DNA of 49,221 nt, taken from IMG/VR virus record IMGVR_UViG_3300025288_000032, positions 1 to 49,221 of that record; one strand, 5' to 3'. This stretch comes from a virus (Duplodnaviria; Caudoviricetes). This document shows, in pieces, positions 7,946 to 17,900 of the stretch; position 1 is the first letter of the stretch; each line of letters begins with the position of its first letter. A program made the translations under genes and the position numbers. The notes under the pieces are model-generated. The model was not told where the DNA came from, did not search any database, and saw nothing but the letters and a program-made list of their open reading frames with translations.

Positions 7946-8599
7946 ATGCAACTAACTCATTCGTATTCGGCTATCAAGATGTTCGAAAACTGTCCGCTGC
8001 GATACGATCGCCAACGGATCAAGAAAGAAGTAATCGACACAGGTGGTGAAGCCTCCAAATACGGCGAACGTATCCACGAACATCTTGAAACTCGAATGAA
8101 TGGCGGGAACTTGGATGCGGAAGCGACCCAATATGAGCCCTTGTGTAAGGTAATTGAAGAACTAGCAGTACAAGGTACTTTACATGTTGAGCATAAACTA
8201 ACATTAACAGAAAACCTTACGCCAACAGGATGGTGGGATGCCGATGCGTGGTTACGCAGCAAACTCGACATCCTCATTGTCGTAGGCGACAATGCCTTGG
8301 TATTGGATTGGAAAACAGGAAAGCGTAACGCGGACCAATTTCAGTTACAATTATTTGCTGCCCAGGTATTCAAACATTTTCCCGAAGTGCAACAAGTGGA
8401 CACAGCGTTTGTTTGGTTGAAGTCGATGGAGCTAGACAGTAGGCACTATGTACGAGAAGACATGCCAGAAGTTTGGGCAGAGATCATGAACCGCATTCGA
8501 CGCATTTACGACGCCTACGAACACGATAATTGGCCGGCTCGACCGTCTGGGTTGTGCCGTTTTTGTCCATGCCGAAACGATTGCGAGTATGCAAAATGA
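7946..8599 (+). CDS. PD-(D/E)XK exonuclease (Cas4/RecB-like, probable Fe-S cluster)
   Basis: SYS...ENCP, G...H, KLD, LDWKTGK, QL.L, C-terminal CRFCPCRNDC. Confidence 0.88.
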   Translation: MQLTHSYSAIKMFENCPLRYDRQRIKKEVIDTGGEASKYGERIHEHLETRMNGGNLDAEATQYEPLCKVIEELAVQGTLHVEHKLTLTENLTPTGWWDADAWLRSKLDILIVVGDNALVLDWKTGKRNADQFQLQLFAAQVFKHFPEVQQVDTAFVWLKSMELDSRHYVREDMPEVWAEIMNRIRRIYDAYEHDNWPARPSGLCRFCPCRNDCEYAK

Positions 8600-8892
8600 C
8601 TCCTGAAGGTATAGTAAAACGAATGCTTGTGCGGATGCTCAAGAAATATGACGTTTGGTATTTTTTTCCGGCATCCAATGGCTTCGGTAGCGCAGGAATT
8701 CCCGACATCATCGCTATCGTGTCTGGTAGATTCGTAGGAATCGAAGCTAAAGCGGATCGAACCAGAAAACCAACTGCGCTTCAGTTGAAATGCGCAAAAG
8801 ACATTCGTGCGGCAGGTGGAAACTGGTTTCTGGTATTCGATAAAAATTCTTGTGCTCTAGTAGAGCAGTACATACAAGATGCTTGTAATTGA
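8596..8892 (+). CDS. VRR-NUC domain nuclease (putative junction resolvase)
   Basis: MTPEG.VK, GIPDII, FVGIEAK, PTALQ; ATGA overlap. Confidence 0.88.
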   Translation: MTPEGIVKRMLVRMLKKYDVWYFFPASNGFGSAGIPDIIAIVSGRFVGIEAKADRTRKPTALQLKCAKDIRAAGGNWFLVFDKNSCALVEQYIQDACN

Positions 8893-10432
8893 CAAAGCTA
8901 GAACACTAGCACTCAAACTAAACGACCCGAATCGGGTACTGTCGGCCATTCCCACGGCTACGCTGGTAGAGCTAAGCGGTACACCTATCGTCATGGCCCC
9001 GCATCGACTCGATGAAGTCAAGGTGCTTCGTAATCTTGGAGTCTGCGCACCCAGTCCCATTCTGCATTACTACGATTGGCCGGGTTCGCTTATCCCGTAT
9101 CGACATCAGCGAGAGACAGCGGCTTTCCTGACTTTGAATCAACGATGCCTCGTACTCAATGAAATCGGTATGGGCAAAACCATGACAGCCTTATGGGCTG
9201 CCGATTACTTGATCAAAACCGGAAAGATCGAGAAAGTATTGATCATGTCTCCGCTCAGTACCTTGGAGCGCGTATGGGGAGACAACATCTTTACGAATCT
9301 GTTGGATCGTAAATTCGTAGTACTGCATGGTAGCGCGGCAAAGCGACGCTTATTACTACGTACCGAAGCTGATTTCTACATCGTCAATTACGATGGATTC
9401 CCTACTATCGAGAATGACTGCCACGACATGTTCGATCTGGTAATCCTGGATGAAGCAGCTACATATCGCCATATATCGACCCAACGGTTCAAGTTGTTCA
9501 GTCGATGGTTGAAACCACAACCCAAGTTGTGGCTGTGGCTGATGACGGGTACGCCGATACCGGATAGCCCGCTCGACGCATGGGCACTCGCGAAGCTGAT
9601 AGACTCGCCCGCACTTATTAAAACATTCACAGCATTCAGAAACCAGGTAATGATCAAGATTGGGCAATGGAAATTCGTGCCGCGACCTGAAGCTACAGAG
9701 ATCGTAGAGAAAATTCTACAACCCGCTGTACGGTTCACACGGGACGAATGCCTCGATTTACCGGAAACGATTGTTCAGACTCGGCAGGTCAATCTGACTT
9801 CCGAGCAGAAGAAACACTATGACCAGATGTTGCGGCACTTCATAATCGAGTGGTCGAAGGAAGGAACCATCACAGCGGTGAACGAAGCTGTGAAGATGCA
9901 GAAACTGGTGCAGATTGCTTGTGGCGTAGTCTATAGTGATGATAAGCAAGGTATTACGCTCGATTGTATGCCGCGTATCAATCTGGTAAAGGAATTGATC
10001 GAGGAAGCTGGTGAAAAGGTAATCCTGTTTGTGCCGCTGACAGGAGTTTTGCACATGCTAGAAAAAGAGCTATGCAAACACTGGGTGGTCGGTGTCGTCA
10101 ATGGAGAGGTACCAAGTGCAGAGCGCAATGAAATTTTTCGGGATTTCCAAAGCCAGAAGAATCCGCATATTCTGCTCGCGCATCCTGGCACGATGTCACA
10201 TGGCTTGACATTGACCGCTGCTTCGACCATCATCTGGTACGGCCCAATTACCAGCAATGAGACCTACGTTCAGGCCAACGGCCGTATCGAGCGAATTGGC
10301 AAGAAGCATGTTTCAAATGTCATTCATATCGAAGCTACCGAGCTTGAACATAAGATTTATAACCGCTTAAAAAATAAGCAGAAGTTGCAAGGTGTACTAC
10401 TGGACCTAATCCAACAACGATCCCAGGAGTAA
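8879..10432 (+). CDS. SNF2-like superfamily 2 helicase
   Basis: PYRHQ, EIGMGKT, VILDEAA, MTGTP, HGLTLT, QANGRIERIG. Confidence 0.9.
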   Translation: MLVIDKARTLALKLNDPNRVLSAIPTATLVELSGTPIVMAPHRLDEVKVLRNLGVCAPSPILHYYDWPGSLIPYRHQRETAAFLTLNQRCLVLNEIGMGKTMTALWAADYLIKTGKIEKVLIMSPLSTLERVWGDNIFTNLLDRKFVVLHGSAAKRRLLLRTEADFYIVNYDGFPTIENDCHDMFDLVILDEAATYRHISTQRFKLFSRWLKPQPKLWLWLMTGTPIPDSPLDAWALAKLIDSPALIKTFTAFRNQVMIKIGQWKFVPRPEATEIVEKILQPAVRFTRDECLDLPETIVQTRQVNLTSEQKKHYDQMLRHFIIEWSKEGTITAVNEAVKMQKLVQIACGVVYSDDKQGITLDCMPRINLVKELIEEAGEKVILFVPLTGVLHMLEKELCKHWVVGVVNGEVPSAERNEIFRDFQSQKNPHILLAHPGTMSHGLTLTAASTIIWYGPITSNETYVQANGRIERIGKKHVSNVIHIEATELEHKIYNRLKNKQKLQGVLLDLIQQRSQE

Positions 10433-10434
10433 TC

Positions 10435-10845
10435 ATGAAGCCCACTGTAAGCGACATCATCCGAGTCTACGTAACGTTGCGCAACCAGAAGAACACCATT
10501 GAAGCTGAAATGAAAGAACAGCTTGTCGACTTGAAAACCAAGATGGGGAAACTGGAAGCGGCTCTCAAAGTGCAAATGGAGCAACAAGGGCTGACTAGCC
10601 TCAAGTCAGACTATGGCACTGCCTTTATGGTTACCGTGGATTACGCAACTGTCGGTGACTGGGATGCCGTGTTGAAGTTCGTTCGTGATAATGAGGCGTA
10701 TGATATGCTGGAAAGACGGGTAAGCAAAACCGCAGTACGTGGTTACATCGAAGCTAACAAGGCAGTTCCTCCAGGTGTCACGTATGGCACCAGGTTGGAA
10801 GTGAATATACGCAAAAGCAGTATTAACCAAGGAGCCTCACAATGA
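10435..10845 (+). CDS. Conserved phage replication-module protein (coiled-coil N-terminus)
   Basis: AGGAG RBS; position between helicase and SSB-like gene; ends in a PPGV motif. Confidence 0.75.
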   Translation: MKPTVSDIIRVYVTLRNQKNTIEAEMKEQLVDLKTKMGKLEAALKVQMEQQGLTSLKSDYGTAFMVTVDYATVGDWDAVLKFVRDNEAYDMLERRVSKTAVRGYIEANKAVPPGVTYGTRLEVNIRKSSINQGASQ

Positions 10846-11816
10846 GCAACATCGTTCCTGTCAATGTTCAAATTCCTGCTCACCTCGCTGGACGAGTAGG
10901 TGTTCCTTCTGTTCTCGGCGCTGCGCTGACTGGTGGGTTGTCGTCCGGGCAGTCGTTTCCCCGTATCTCCATCAAGGGTAGTCGTTTTCGTATTGTTGAA
11001 GGCGATACTGAAACGCTGCTCGACTCAACCACCTTGGAAGTGGTGATCGTTGGTGCCAATCCTCGCCTGTCCAAGACGTGGTATGCCACGCAGTGGGACG
11101 CCAACGCGGAGCCTAGTGCTCCTGATTGCTTCTCGCTGGACGGTATCACGCCTAGTCTGGAAGCCACCGATCCTCAGAACGACCTGTGCGTAACGTGCCC
11201 GCATAATGCCTGGGGTTCCAAAGTAACGCCTACTGGGCAGCAAGTCAAAGCCTGCTCGGACAACAAGAGACTGGCTATCGTGGCCGCCGATGATCCGGAA
11301 GGTACGATCTATCTGCTATCGGTTACTCCTGCGGCTCTTAAAGGGCTGAATCAGTACCAGAAAGAACTGTCGGTACGCGGCATTCCGCCCGAGATTATCA
11401 AGACTCGGGTATCCTTCGATACTGATGCATCATTTCCGAAGCTGAAATTTACCTTCGGTGGATTTCTCAGTGCTGAGGTTCAAGCGATTGTCGACCACCT
11501 GTTCGGTACCGATCAAGTCAAGGAAATTACCGGAGAAAACAGGGATGACAAAGTTGTAGAAGTACCAGCGAAAAAGGTTGCTGCGGAGCCGGTGAAAGAG
11601 GTTGCTGCGAAGCCGGCGAAAGAGGTTGCTGCGAAGCCGGCGAAAGAGGTTGCTGCGAAGCCGGCGAAAGAGGTTGCTGCGAAGACTCGCGGGTTCAATT
11701 CGACGAAAGAGGTTGCTGCGAAGCCAAATTTAACACCAGAGGCAACATCTTTGGCTGATGAGATTGCGGCACTTATCGGGTCGGTGGATGCTGATGATAG
11801 TCAAACCGCAGCTTGA
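10842..11816 (+). CDS. Putative ssDNA-binding/annealing protein with low-complexity tail
   Basis: AAGGAG RBS; PRISIKG.RF, PDCFSLDG, C..CPHN..GS, KAC; acidic C-terminus. Function inferred from context. Confidence 0.65.
   Translation: MSNIVPVNVQIPAHLAGRVGVPSVLGAALTGGLSSGQSFPRISIKGSRFRIVEGDTETLLDSTTLEVVIVGANPRLSKTWYATQWDANAEPSAPDCFSLDGITPSLEATDPQNDLCVTCPHNAWGSKVTPTGQQVKACSDNKRLAIVAADDPEGTIYLLSVTPAALKGLNQYQKELSVRGIPPEIIKTRVSFDTDASFPKLKFTFGGFLSAEVQAIVDHLFGTDQVKEITGENRDDKVVEVPAKKVAAEPVKEVAAKPAKEVAAKPAKEVAAKPAKEVAAKTRGFNSTKEVAAKPNLTPEATSLADEIAALIGSVDADDSQTAA
11568..11725 (+). repeat. 24-bp tandem coding repeat (KEVAAKPA, about 5 copies plus one displaced copy)
   Basis: gaaagaggttgctgcgaagccggc units seen directly. 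Confidence 0.92.
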
Positions 11817-12084
11817 TTTTACCAAAGTTGAGGCACTCAGAAAGCACATGTTGTTAACAAAAGGAACCATGGCTGGGTTACTAGGTGTGTCTCGGGTAAC
11901 TTACTATGACTGGCTGGCAGGAAAACATCTAATTCGAAGTAAGCATGACGAAAGAGTACGGATGATGCTACGCCGGTTACTGGCGATAATTCAGAGTTAT
12001 GGGTGGCCTACTCCAAAAGTAGTCTCGTTGGATAAACAGACGCGCAAAGCATTTTTGCTTGAGCTTTTGAAGCAGCAACAATAA
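11788..12084 (+). CDS. XRE/Cro-like HTH DNA-binding protein
   Basis: LRKHMLLTKGTMAGLLGVSRVTYYDW helix-turn-helix pattern; start uncertain (11788 or 11794). Confidence 0.8.
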   Translation: MLMIVKPQLDFTKVEALRKHMLLTKGTMAGLLGVSRVTYYDWLAGKHLIRSKHDERVRMMLRRLLAIIQSYGWPTPKVVSLDKQTRKAFLLELLKQQQ

Positions 12085-12087
12085 TGG

Positions 12088-12116
12088 GGCAGGGCGGGTA
12101 GTTTCCGCCCTGTTTC
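12088..12116 (+). terminator. Hairpin, possible weak intrinsic terminator before the primase
   Basis: cagggcgg-gtagttt-ccgccctg followed by ttt. Confidence 0.5.
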
Positions 12117-12128
12117 AATAGGGAAACT

Positions 12129-14936
12129 ATGAACACGTTGAGTTTCCTTCAGCGAGTTCTACCGTCGACGGGTTTTTACGCTTCCCTGACCATTAGTTCG
12201 AAGGGGCAACGTCAAAAATTCTTCAGTACCGTAGAAGAACTCGCAGTATCTGTAATCAGTTACGACCGAAGAGGCGACAATACTTATTACGCAATTTCGG
12301 CCTACAACGATAGAAGATCTCGGAAACAGGAGAATGTTCGTGTAACTAAAGTCATTGCCTTGGATGTCGATTGCGGAAGCGACAAACCCTTCCCAACGTG
12401 GAAAGAAGGCTTGGCAGCAACCGGTGCATTCATTGGACAATTGAATTTGCCCAAACCCATGATTGTTCATTCGGGCAATGGGTTGCACGTGTACTGGGTA
12501 CTGACTGAAGAGCTTGAGCCAATGCGATGGAAGCCTTTGGCCGAAGCACTGAAGAAGGCAGCCAAAGCCAGGGGATTCGAAATTGACCCAGCAGTGCCGG
12601 CGGACAACGCACGTGTGCTGCGTCCCATAGGAACTGCAAACCGTAAAAGCGGCACCACGGTTCGATTACTCGTCGATGCACTCCCAAGTACCACCGCGCA
12701 GTTATCTGCGTGCCTGGCGCCTTATATGGCGCCTAGAAGCGATTTAGCGCAGGCTCTTAGTTTTCCCCTAGCCAATGCCACAGTCGTAGCCGCAAAGTGC
12801 CCACAAATCAACTGGGCCATCAAGCATCAGAGCGAGGTCGAGGAACCATTCTGGTACGGGTTGCTTGGTATTGCTGCCTACTGTCAAGACGAAGCCGCAA
12901 CGGCCATCGCATGGAGCGACCAGCACCCGCAATACAACCAAGACGAAACGATCCACAAATTACAGCATTGGAAGCAAGCTGCAACTGGACCAACGACTTG
13001 CAAGAAATTCGAAGAATTGCGCCCCGCTGGTTGCAAAGGGTGCAAGTTCAAAAACAAGGTGGGTACTCCTGCCCGACTCGGTGTCCAATACCTCGATGTT
13101 GTATTGCCAACCGACATTCCCGATCACACTGCTAGCAGTATCCCCGTACCGAAACCGTTCAAGCGCACGGTTGATGGTATAAAAATGATTGTCGATGGAA
13201 CAGATATTGATATATGTAAATTCGATGTCTACCCAGTTTCCTACGGTAAAGACGAAACACTTGGATACGAAACGGTGTGCTTTCACTGGAATCGTTTGCA
13301 CGCCGGATGGCGAGAGCTTAAACTACGACAAGCTCTACTAACAGAAGGGCATCGCGATTTTGCGACGGCTATTGCCGACCAGGGTATCGTACTTCAGAAT
13401 CGAAATCAGACAGAATATTTCCAGCTTATGCTACGTTCATACATGGACGAATTGCGCCAAAAACGCGCGATGACAAATCTGTATGCCACGATGGGGTGGA
13501 AAGAGAATTTCTCCCGCTTCATTATTGGGGATACGATTTTGCGACGTAATGTCGATGGCTCCGTTAACGAAGACTTAGTCAGTCTGTCATCAGGCGCGAC
13601 CAAGCTGGGACATGAATTGTGGAACACATCCGGGTCACTCGAAGAGTGGATCAAATTTACATCGTTGGTTGCGAAAGCCGATTTGCGAGCCCACATGTTT
13701 GCGCTGACTGTTGGTTTTTCTGCGCCTCTATATGCATTCACAGGGCTTAAGGGGCTGATTATTTCGCTCTATGGCCCAACCGGTGGCGGTAAGACTTTGG
13801 CGCAGATGTGGATTCAATCTATTTTTGGTAACCCGGAAAGGCTGCACTTCGCTGCCAAGTTTACCCAGAATGCCTTATTTGGACGCATGGGATTGTATTC
13901 GCACATGCCCATGACCATCGATGAAGTGACGCTGATGAATAACAAGGATGTAGGTGACTTCATTTACTGGGTAAGCCAAGGGCGTGACAAGGCACGAATG
14001 ACCCAAGCTGCGGAAGAACGCGATGCCAAAATATGGGCTTTGCCAGTCGTGGTGTCTACCAATAAGTCCATCAACTCCAAACTGATTGCCGGTGGCATGG
14101 ATACTGATGCACAATTAGCACGTATCCTCGAACTCAACGTCCCCTCCAATTCGTTATTTACCAGAGATAGCACTGCCGGTCGCAAGATATATGAATTCGT
14201 CACTACTAATTATGGCCATGTCGGACGCGAATTTATCAAGCATCTGTTGGAACTCGGCAACTCAGGCATACGCGCAGCCATCGCGCAAGCTACCGAAGAT
14301 TTTCATCGAGAGTATTCTGCGCATTTCTCCGGCGAAGAGCGTTATTGGGAACAAGCCATTATTCTCGCCGATCTTGCCGGTAAACTGGCAAAAAGCTGGG
14401 GTCTCATCGCATTCGATCACAAAGCTGGTATTGAGTGGGTACTAGCATACATAGGTGTTGTCCGGCGTGCCATATCCGAATTCAAAATCGACGCATTCGA
14501 CACATTGACCGAATATTTGAACACACATGCAGAAGCTACTTTGATTGTTACACAAACAGGCGCTAACAAACCAATAGTGGATTTCAACCGCCTACCACGA
14601 GGGGAACTACGGGTGCGTTTTGAACTGTTTCGTAAAACAAGTGGCGAGGCTTTTACTCGTGGTACTGTCGTAATAGATCGCACTCATCTTAGACGCTGGC
14701 TCGCCCAGCAAGGCATAGACTACAAAGCCTTCCTAAATGACTTGCAGGACGAAGGTATCATTGTTCCAACGAAAAATAACAAGGCTTACCTTGGTAAAAA
14801 TTCACCGATCAAGTTAGGCCAATCTTATGTACTAAGTATAAACCTTACACATTCGAGGTTGCAAGGTATCCTGAATGACGCTGATCAAGCACTCGAAGAC
14901 CTGGCTTTCGGGCAACTCAAGATAGTAGATCAATAA
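12129..14936 (+). CDS. Primase-helicase (AEP/RepB-like primase, PriCT-like region, DUF927/SF3-type helicase)
   Basis: ALDVD, SGNGLHVYW, RVLRPIGT; Cys cluster C..F.....GC.GC; Walker A GPTGGGKT, Walker B MTIDE. Confidence 0.88.
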   Translation: MNTLSFLQRVLPSTGFYASLTISSKGQRQKFFSTVEELAVSVISYDRRGDNTYYAISAYNDRRSRKQENVRVTKVIALDVDCGSDKPFPTWKEGLAATGAFIGQLNLPKPMIVHSGNGLHVYWVLTEELEPMRWKPLAEALKKAAKARGFEIDPAVPADNARVLRPIGTANRKSGTTVRLLVDALPSTTAQLSACLAPYMAPRSDLAQALSFPLANATVVAAKCPQINWAIKHQSEVEEPFWYGLLGIAAYCQDEAATAIAWSDQHPQYNQDETIHKLQHWKQAATGPTTCKKFEELRPAGCKGCKFKNKVGTPARLGVQYLDVVLPTDIPDHTASSIPVPKPFKRTVDGIKMIVDGTDIDICKFDVYPVSYGKDETLGYETVCFHWNRLHAGWRELKLRQALLTEGHRDFATAIADQGIVLQNRNQTEYFQLMLRSYMDELRQKRAMTNLYATMGWKENFSRFIIGDTILRRNVDGSVNEDLVSLSSGATKLGHELWNTSGSLEEWIKFTSLVAKADLRAHMFALTVGFSAPLYAFTGLKGLIISLYGPTGGGKTLAQMWIQSIFGNPERLHFAAKFTQNALFGRMGLYSHMPMTIDEVTLMNNKDVGDFIYWVSQGRDKARMTQAAEERDAKIWALPVVVSTNKSINSKLIAGGMDTDAQLARILELNVPSNSLFTRDSTAGRKIYEFVTTNYGHVGREFIKHLLELGNSGIRAAIAQATEDFHREYSAHFSGEERYWEQAIILADLAGKLAKSWGLIAFDHKAGIEWVLAYIGVVRRAISEFKIDAFDTLTEYLNTHAEATLIVTQTGANKPIVDFNRLPRGELRVRFELFRKTSGEAFTRGTVVIDRTHLRRWLAQQGIDYKAFLNDLQDEGIIVPTKNNKAYLGKNSPIKLGQSYVLSINLTHSRLQGILNDADQALEDLAFGQLKIVDQ

Positions 14937-17900
14937 TGCGCTGAGTTTCCGGGCGCAGAGTTCTCGAAACCGACCGCAAAAATCGCTCAGTCGTGGTACG
15001 CTTGGCTTCTCGCAAAGCACGATTAGCCAGACTCTCGAAGTTACCGATTTCAAGGCCAGTACCTTTGGCAGCCTTGTTCCAGTCTCTGACCATCTGCACT
15101 ACTTCCCGTGCGTGTCTCTCATCCTTGGCAAGTTTAGCTCCAATGTATAGTCCACGATAAGTCGTGGTGATTTCCTTTTGATAGTCTCCGACCCGCTTGG
15201 CCATACGTACTACATCGTTTTCAGCAACAGCGGAAGCCGGATAAAAACTCAGAGCACGGGTCAGCATGGTACCCAGATGTAGGTCATTACTGACTACATA
15301 GCCTTTGCGATTAATAATGGCTCCTGCGTTGTTGTACGCCATCATGTCACCCAGAGCACGAAATGCCACGGCTGGCGACTCCCGTAGTACCTTGTTGAAA
15401 GACGTAGTATCGTCGATGACTCCTGCGGTTCCCAATCCCCATTTAGCAGCGTTTGCAGCGGTTACCAGCGCACCTTGCATGAACGAAGCAACTGGCCCCG
15501 CGATCTCGACTAGTTCACGTCCTACGTTTGCGCCTGCTAGAGCGATGCCCGTACCAGGGAAGACATTGGATAGCGAGACACGATCTGCCACGTTGGCGGG
15601 TGTAAAAGAATTGAGAAATCCGCGCATCAGAACGGGCGTCATACCAGGGGCAATGGCATCCAGGGCTTCTGCTAGAGTTCGTTCAGCACTCCCTTTCCAT
15701 AGCTTGCTAGGGCCAAGCCCAAGTGCTTGTGCGATAGTATCAATGATGTCTGCTAAGTCATCGGCGAATGGCAATCCCTTGAGCCCGGAAAAAAGCGCAA
15801 GAATACCTAGTGCCAGTAATTGTTCTTTTCTTGCTAACGCAGACAACATCAGGATACTATTAACGGGAAAGGTCTTAAATATGAATAAGAATTGCCGCAC
15901 ATCACCTCGAAATAAAGCCGGCCTGTTATGCAACGCATAGTCGCCCAATGTATTGTTGATCATGTCTACAGCGAATCTATCAGCCGCCTCGAATGCTGTA
16001 GCCTTGTCTTTACCTTCAGCCAAGGCGCGAGCGTAGGCCAGACGAAACGTAGCCAATCCTGTTGCCCGGCGACTGTGCTGTTCGGTAAAGTTGAACAGCG
16101 ACATCCACGTCTGGGCTGCGGCTTTGGTAGCACCAGAGCGAAACTTGCCGCGCGCGGAGCCCAGCAGCGCGTTAGTCAGTGCAGCTTGCATGGTGCCGCC
16201 ACCAACCTCTTTCTGCATGAACAAGGCTTCGGCTTCGGTAAAACCGGACGCAGCGAGTTTGTCAGGATCAGCCAACAGGTCGTCCCAGAATTTCACTTCG
16301 CTTTGTTTATTGGCTCTGGTAATGTTGGTAGCACGGCTTACTTCCACGGTGGATAGACCCCAACCGAATCCACCACCGAACGCATTTTTCTCGTTGTACC
16401 CAGCCAAAGCAGGCACCACGTTCGTTGCCAGCGCCATGTAATTCAGGAGTGCTGTAGCGAATGAGGCTCCCATGAAGGTAAAAGTCGTAGCTGTGCGAAT
16501 AACGGAGGCCGCGTCGCCCGATGCGAAATCTGTGTAGTCTACATTCTGCTGGGACTCCATGAAAGCCACGGCCCTGCGGCCGCGATCCTTGAATCGATTA
16601 CCCATGACAGGTGAATTTTTAGTCACGAACGTGTAATGGTAGTCATCGAACTCTCGCTTAATCGCGAATTTTTGAGCTTCTGACATGTTCGGGTTTTCTT
16701 TAGCCGTTTCCCATGCGGTTTTGCGCCGCTCATACTCAAGTTTATCCCCAAACCATAGGCGGATGGCTTCTGGGTTTTTGTCGTCGAACAAACGGTCGAG
16801 CCGATGGCGATTTCGCTTACGCGCTACAGTGGATGCGGTTGATTCAAGATGCTGTGACACATACTTGATGGTATTCGGGTCTTCGCCAGGAGTATTGGCA
16901 CGACGCAAACGAGTACGAGCCTTGGCGTTTTGTTTGGTTAAACCGACGATCAGATTCTTACGTTCTTCCGGAGTGATACTGATAGAAAAACGGGTGAGCG
17001 TGGCGATGATTTCATTGAGATTTGCTTCGGCAGCAACGGTAACAGTTTCGCGTGCCGTTTCAGCGTGTGCAACAAGTTTGACTTTTTTCACTACGAAGTC
17101 AGCGCCATCCAGCACTTCCAGTTCGAAGCCATTCTCTACATCATCGAATAAGCTCTGCACACGTTCTGCCATTGCCTCAGCCTGAGCACGTGTTTTTACT
17201 TGCGCGAACAGAAGATGCTGGCGGTACTGTTCCGATATTTTGTAGATGCGTCCCGTCTGGGGGTCAGTAGCCTGGATGCGCACTTGCCATGAGCCTTCAC
17301 GCCCGAACGGAACATAACCACCCGCGATAGAGCGCTTGGCAAACAACTCCGCATCTGTTTTGCTCAGTTCGAACAAGGCCAGATTCTGGACGGCTTGCTG
17401 CATAATGAAGCGATCTGGACCTGAATGCGGAATGTTGGACCCTTTCTTGAGGGCCTCAATACCTGCAAAAATATCGTCGGCTTTGGCATCGTCGAAAAAT
17501 TCCTGCACGTCCTGGTTACGATCGGTATCGCGACCTAGTACAGCAGCATTGAATTTTTTGGCAAACTCATCCGCAGTAGCTATCGAGGCTTGTTTAGTCA
17601 GGAGAACACCACTAGCGTCAATAGTGGAATCCTTGGATCGTAGCTCTAGATATTTATCTTCGATGGTTGTAATGAATGCACGGTCATTTTCAGTTAGTGC
17701 TCGGTCGAGGAATCGTTGCAGGACATGTTCCACATTGACACGTTCGCCTTTGGCCGCAGTGTAATTTGCCAACAGCATATCAAGGGCCGATTGATTCATC
17801 GTGTCACGTACTTCGTTGTACATGATCCACTCAGGGCTATCTTCAGTCAGTTCGGGTATGGCTGTAAAAACTTGCTCCACTTCGACAGTGCCAGACGGGT

